64,000 nucleotides of DNA from Lytechinus pictus (taxonomy: Eukaryota), in assembly GCF_037042905.1 (NCBI RefSeq), contig NC_087252.1, positions 26,972,001 to 27,036,000 of the forward strand, read 5' to 3'. Positions 60,570 to 64,000 of the stretch are shown here, piece by piece. Position 1 is the stretch's first letter, and every line of letters starts with the position of its first letter. Below the pieces are notes generated by a model, which did no database searches, was not told where the DNA came from, and saw only the letters and a program-made list of their open reading frames with translations. The position numbers and the translations under genes are program-made.

Positions 60570-60960
60570 TTCGGTGATTTTTTTTAAAGATGGGGGTCCA
60601 GAGCATGCCTCCCCCCCAGCTAAAACGAATGTCAGCCTCCTGACTCCTCTCTCTATTAAATTCCATCCTCCCTTCGCGGCCCCCGCGCCTTCACCCTCTC
60701 TCCCTCACGCTCGTCCTCCCTCTCTTGTGTATTTCTGTTTTGTTTTTGCCTTTTCGAAGGTAGTTCGAAGTGATTTTCTTTCTGATTTTCCCCGAGTTCC
60801 AGTTTCAAGGCCGCTTACTGGTCGCTTTTAAGAGACGAGACAGCGCGATGATATGAGCGAGCTCAACGGTAGGCACTTTTGATGACAAAGTACAGCGAGG
60901 GGCGATGAAATGTCCAGCTCCTACGTCACTATCAATCCGACGGTTCGCCGATGAATATTC
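60570..60960 (+). promoter_or_regulatory. CpG-rich putative promoter/first exon of a downstream plus-strand gene (possible ATG exon MSELN, 60853-60868)
   Basis: CpG-rich island, pyrimidine-rich leader, ATGAGCGAGCTCAACG|gtaggc; no later exons recognised in window. Confidence 0.3.
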
Positions 60961-61094
60961 ATTAGATCGTGGTCTTGTGCATGTGTGTGTACAATACCGA
61001 GTGTAAAAAACCAGAGAGTTTTCAAATGTTGTGTGTGTATAAAACAACGTAGGAGTTTATAGTGTAGAAAAGAAAAGTGTTTGATGAAGTTTTT

Positions 61095-62498
61095 ACAAAA
61101 GAGGAAATAATACAAATATATATGGAGGACAATGTAAGATGAGGTGAGGAAAGTGTACGGTGATGGTTTTATCAAAAACATATATAATGATAAAATATAT
61201 GTAGAGGACAGTCACAGTGTAAGATCAGCTGAGGCAAGTGTGCAGTGAGGTTTTTTCAAAAGAGGAGATATATGGAGGACAATGTAAGATGAGATGAGGC
61301 AAGTGTGCAGGGAGGTTTTTTTTCAAAAGAGGAGATAGCTAGTACAAGAGTTAGTATCAGGAGGACAATGTAAGATGAGATGAGGCAAGTGTGCAGTGAG
61401 GGTTTTTTCAAAAGAGGAGATAGTACAAATATATGTGGAGGACAATGTAAGATGAGATGAGGCAAGTGTACGGTGAGGTTTTATCAAAAATTGTATAATG
61501 ATAGAATATATGTAGAGGACAATGTAAGATGAGCTGAGGCAAGTGTGCAGTGAGGTTTTTTCAAAAGAGGAGATATATGGAGGACAATGTAAGATGAGAT
61601 GAGGCAAGTGTGCAGGGAGGTTTTTTCAAAAGAGGAGATAGCTAGTACAAGAGTTAGTATCAGGAGGACAATGTAAGATGGGATGAGGCAAGTGTGCAGT
61701 GAGGGTTTTTTCAAAAGAGGAGATAGTACAAATATATGTGGAGGACAATGTAAGATGAGATGAGGCAAGTGTACGGTGAGGTTTTATCAAAAATTGTATA
61801 ATGATAGAATATATGTAGAGGACAATGTAAGATGAGCTGAGGCAAGTGTGCAGTGAGGTTTTTTCAAAAGAGGAGATATATGGAGGACAATGTAAGATGA
61901 GATGAGGCAAGTGTACAGTGAGGTTTTTTCAAAAGAGGAGATAGTACAAGTATTGAGGACAATGTAAGATGAGATGAGGCAAGTGTACAGTGAGGTTTTT
62001 TCGAAAGAGGAGATAATACAAACAAATATGGAGGACAATGTAAGATGAGGTGAGGAAAGTGTATACGGTGAGGTTTTTTCAAAAGAGGAGATAGTACAAG
62101 TATGGAGGACAATGTAAGATGAGCTGAGGCAAGTGTACAGTGAGGTTTTTCAAAAAAAAGGAGATAATACAAATATATGTGGAGGACAGTGTAAGATGAG
62201 GTGAGGCAAGTGTGCAGTGAGGTTTTTTCAAAAGAGGAGATAGTACAGATATATATGGAGGATAATGTAAGATGAGATGAGGCAAGTGTACAGTGAGGGT
62301 TTTTTCAAAAGAGGAGATAGTACAAGTATGGAGGACAATGTAAGATGAGGTGAGGCAAGTGTGCAGTGAGGTTTTTTCAAAAGAGGAGATATATGGAGGA
62401 CAATGTAAGATGAGATGAGGCAAGTGTGCAGTGAAGTTTTTTCAAAAGAGGAGATAGTACAGATATATATGGAAGACAATGTAAGATGAGATGAGGCA
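61095..62498. repeat. satellite, ~65-85 bp monomers with a 303-bp higher-order repeat
   Basis: Monomer core gaggacaatgtaagatgagatgaggcaagtgtgcagtgaggttttttcaaaagaggagata; variant gctagtacaagagttagtatcagg recurs at 61338 and 61641. Confidence 0.92.
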
Positions 62499-62617
62499 AA
62501 CTTAACAATAGTTTGACTGATCAACTTAAGACTTGATGATGTTTGGATATTTGAGTAGAGTTGATCTGATCAGATTTTTGTGTTAAAGGTCAATAACTCC
62601 TAAAACGCATTGAAATA

Positions 62618-62778
62618 CAGGGGCTGCGGAACCGAGGGGCTGGCCCCCCCCCCACTTTTTTCCAAAACTGTGTACAAAAACGCAAAAATGACCATATAAT
62701 TGTGATTTTTTGCATGGTCAGCACCCCCTCCCCCTTTTGCTCAGCCCCCAAACTTTGAAAACCCTTCCGCGGCCCCTG
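62618..62778. mobile_element. CAGGG-terminated MITE with 5-bp TSD (aaata)
   Basis: aaata|caggggctgcggaa...ttccgcggcccctg|aaata. Confidence 0.75.
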
Positions 62779-64000
62779 AAATATATATAAAGCTAATATC
62801 TATGCTTATGACTGGTGATCTCATTGGATGTTGAGATCAGGTTAAAAGTCATGCTATAACAGTCAGTAGGCAAGTCCTCAAAAAGTAGCTTCTTTTATAC
62901 AAGTTATCATAGTCATGATGAGAGAGGTTTTGCATATTTAATGAACTTGATGCAGACCAAAACACCCAGGCTCTTTTAATTTGTTCATCGTTGCTCTAAA
63001 AATGTTATCCTGTCGGTCAAAACTCTTAATTTCGTGCTACAATTTTTTTTATCTTGTCTTTTTTTTATGGGAAAAGTGTAATCCGATGGTGCCACATATA
63101 AAAGTGACAGTGTGAGAAAGGACAGAAATTCAGCTTTGTGGTGATGTAGATATCAAAGTGGCTTAAAGGAAGAAAATTAATTTTTGAGGCACTTTTTCAG
63201 GCCAGAAATTCAATTATCAAAAGAAAATTATAAAAAATATATAGATGACCAATATTAAAGAGAAACATTTACTCTGTCCAAATGTGCAATGATTTAATTT
63301 TGACTTAAAGATAAATAAGGTGAATTCTTAGTGAAAGAAAATCTTAAGATTCACAAGATTTTGCATGGAGGGGGATTCAGCCAGGAAAGGATTTGATGAA
63401 TCTGGCCTATTTGTGATTAGCATAGGGACTTACGATCAGACTATTATAACTGTTATCATCTCTTTCTTCTGAACTCTTTGAAGGGATCAATTTAGAAATC
63501 GCCTCATTTGTTATTGAAGATTTTTTTCTTCAAAAGGTTAATTGTCAGCTAGGTCATGTTAAATATGTAAACATTTGATATATTCTAGCAAAGGCAGTGC
63601 CTTACATTTTGACCACATGTACATTTAGTAGAGAATCCATCTAGTTAGTATAAAAGTTTCTAATTGTATCGATTCAACTTATTGCTCTTACGATACTTGC
63701 TAATATTAGATCATGCAAGTATCAACTGTGTATATGATAATTCATTGTTTGTTAGCATAAATCAGTTTTGAGGCTGATCATTATTCTGTGACAACTATTT
63801 GATGTACGATTCTATGCCATTAGTGTATAGTGTTTTATTTGGTTTTTTTTTTTGGTGTTAATTGTACTCATACCATTTTAGACAAAATTTGCAACCATTT
63901 TGCTGCCTATACAACAGACTTAGGAGAAGGTGCAGAAACATTGTTAACATGCATCTGTTATCACAAATTAAACTTTGGTCATGTTTTGACTACTACTAAT

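Noticed and set aside
61095..62498. CRISPR-like constant core with variable linkers, and overlapping ORFs
   Set aside because: Linkers are short, related to each other and recur periodically; this is a satellite and the ORFs are repeat translations.

Overview
AT-rich, intron-rich animal genomic DNA, not prokaryotic. The repeat landscape (tRNA-derived SINEs, poly-G MITEs, Helentron-like element) suggests a sea urchin or other echinoderm; this is an inference. Two convergent genes were reconstructed by hand from splice sites and reading phase. (1) Plus strand, 55 to at least 25-34 kb: an NCAM/Fasciclin II-like cell adhesion receptor with 5 Ig domains, 2 FN3 domains, a TM helix and a Cys-rich juxtamembrane region. 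Its signal-peptide exon lies upstream of the window. (2) Minus strand, 48639-40789: FDXACB1, 5 coding exons, 715 aa, with a GC-AG first coding intron. The most notable signals concern splicing of the NCAM-like gene: a Ser/Thr/Pro/Val micro-exon candidate between the two FN3 domains, a ~1.26 kb AG-free zone before the next exon, and a series of phase-2 alternative cytoplasmic/terminal exons, several ending in PDZ-ligand-like motifs. The rest is dense with non-autonomous DNA transposons. These include four hAT MITE copies in 2.5 kb with distinct 8-bp TSDs, a Ginger-like CCGG-flanked element at the probable FDXACB1 promoter, and a minisatellite amplified from a MITE terminal repeat. There are also two satellites. 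No isoform claim has transcript support; all come from sequence alone.
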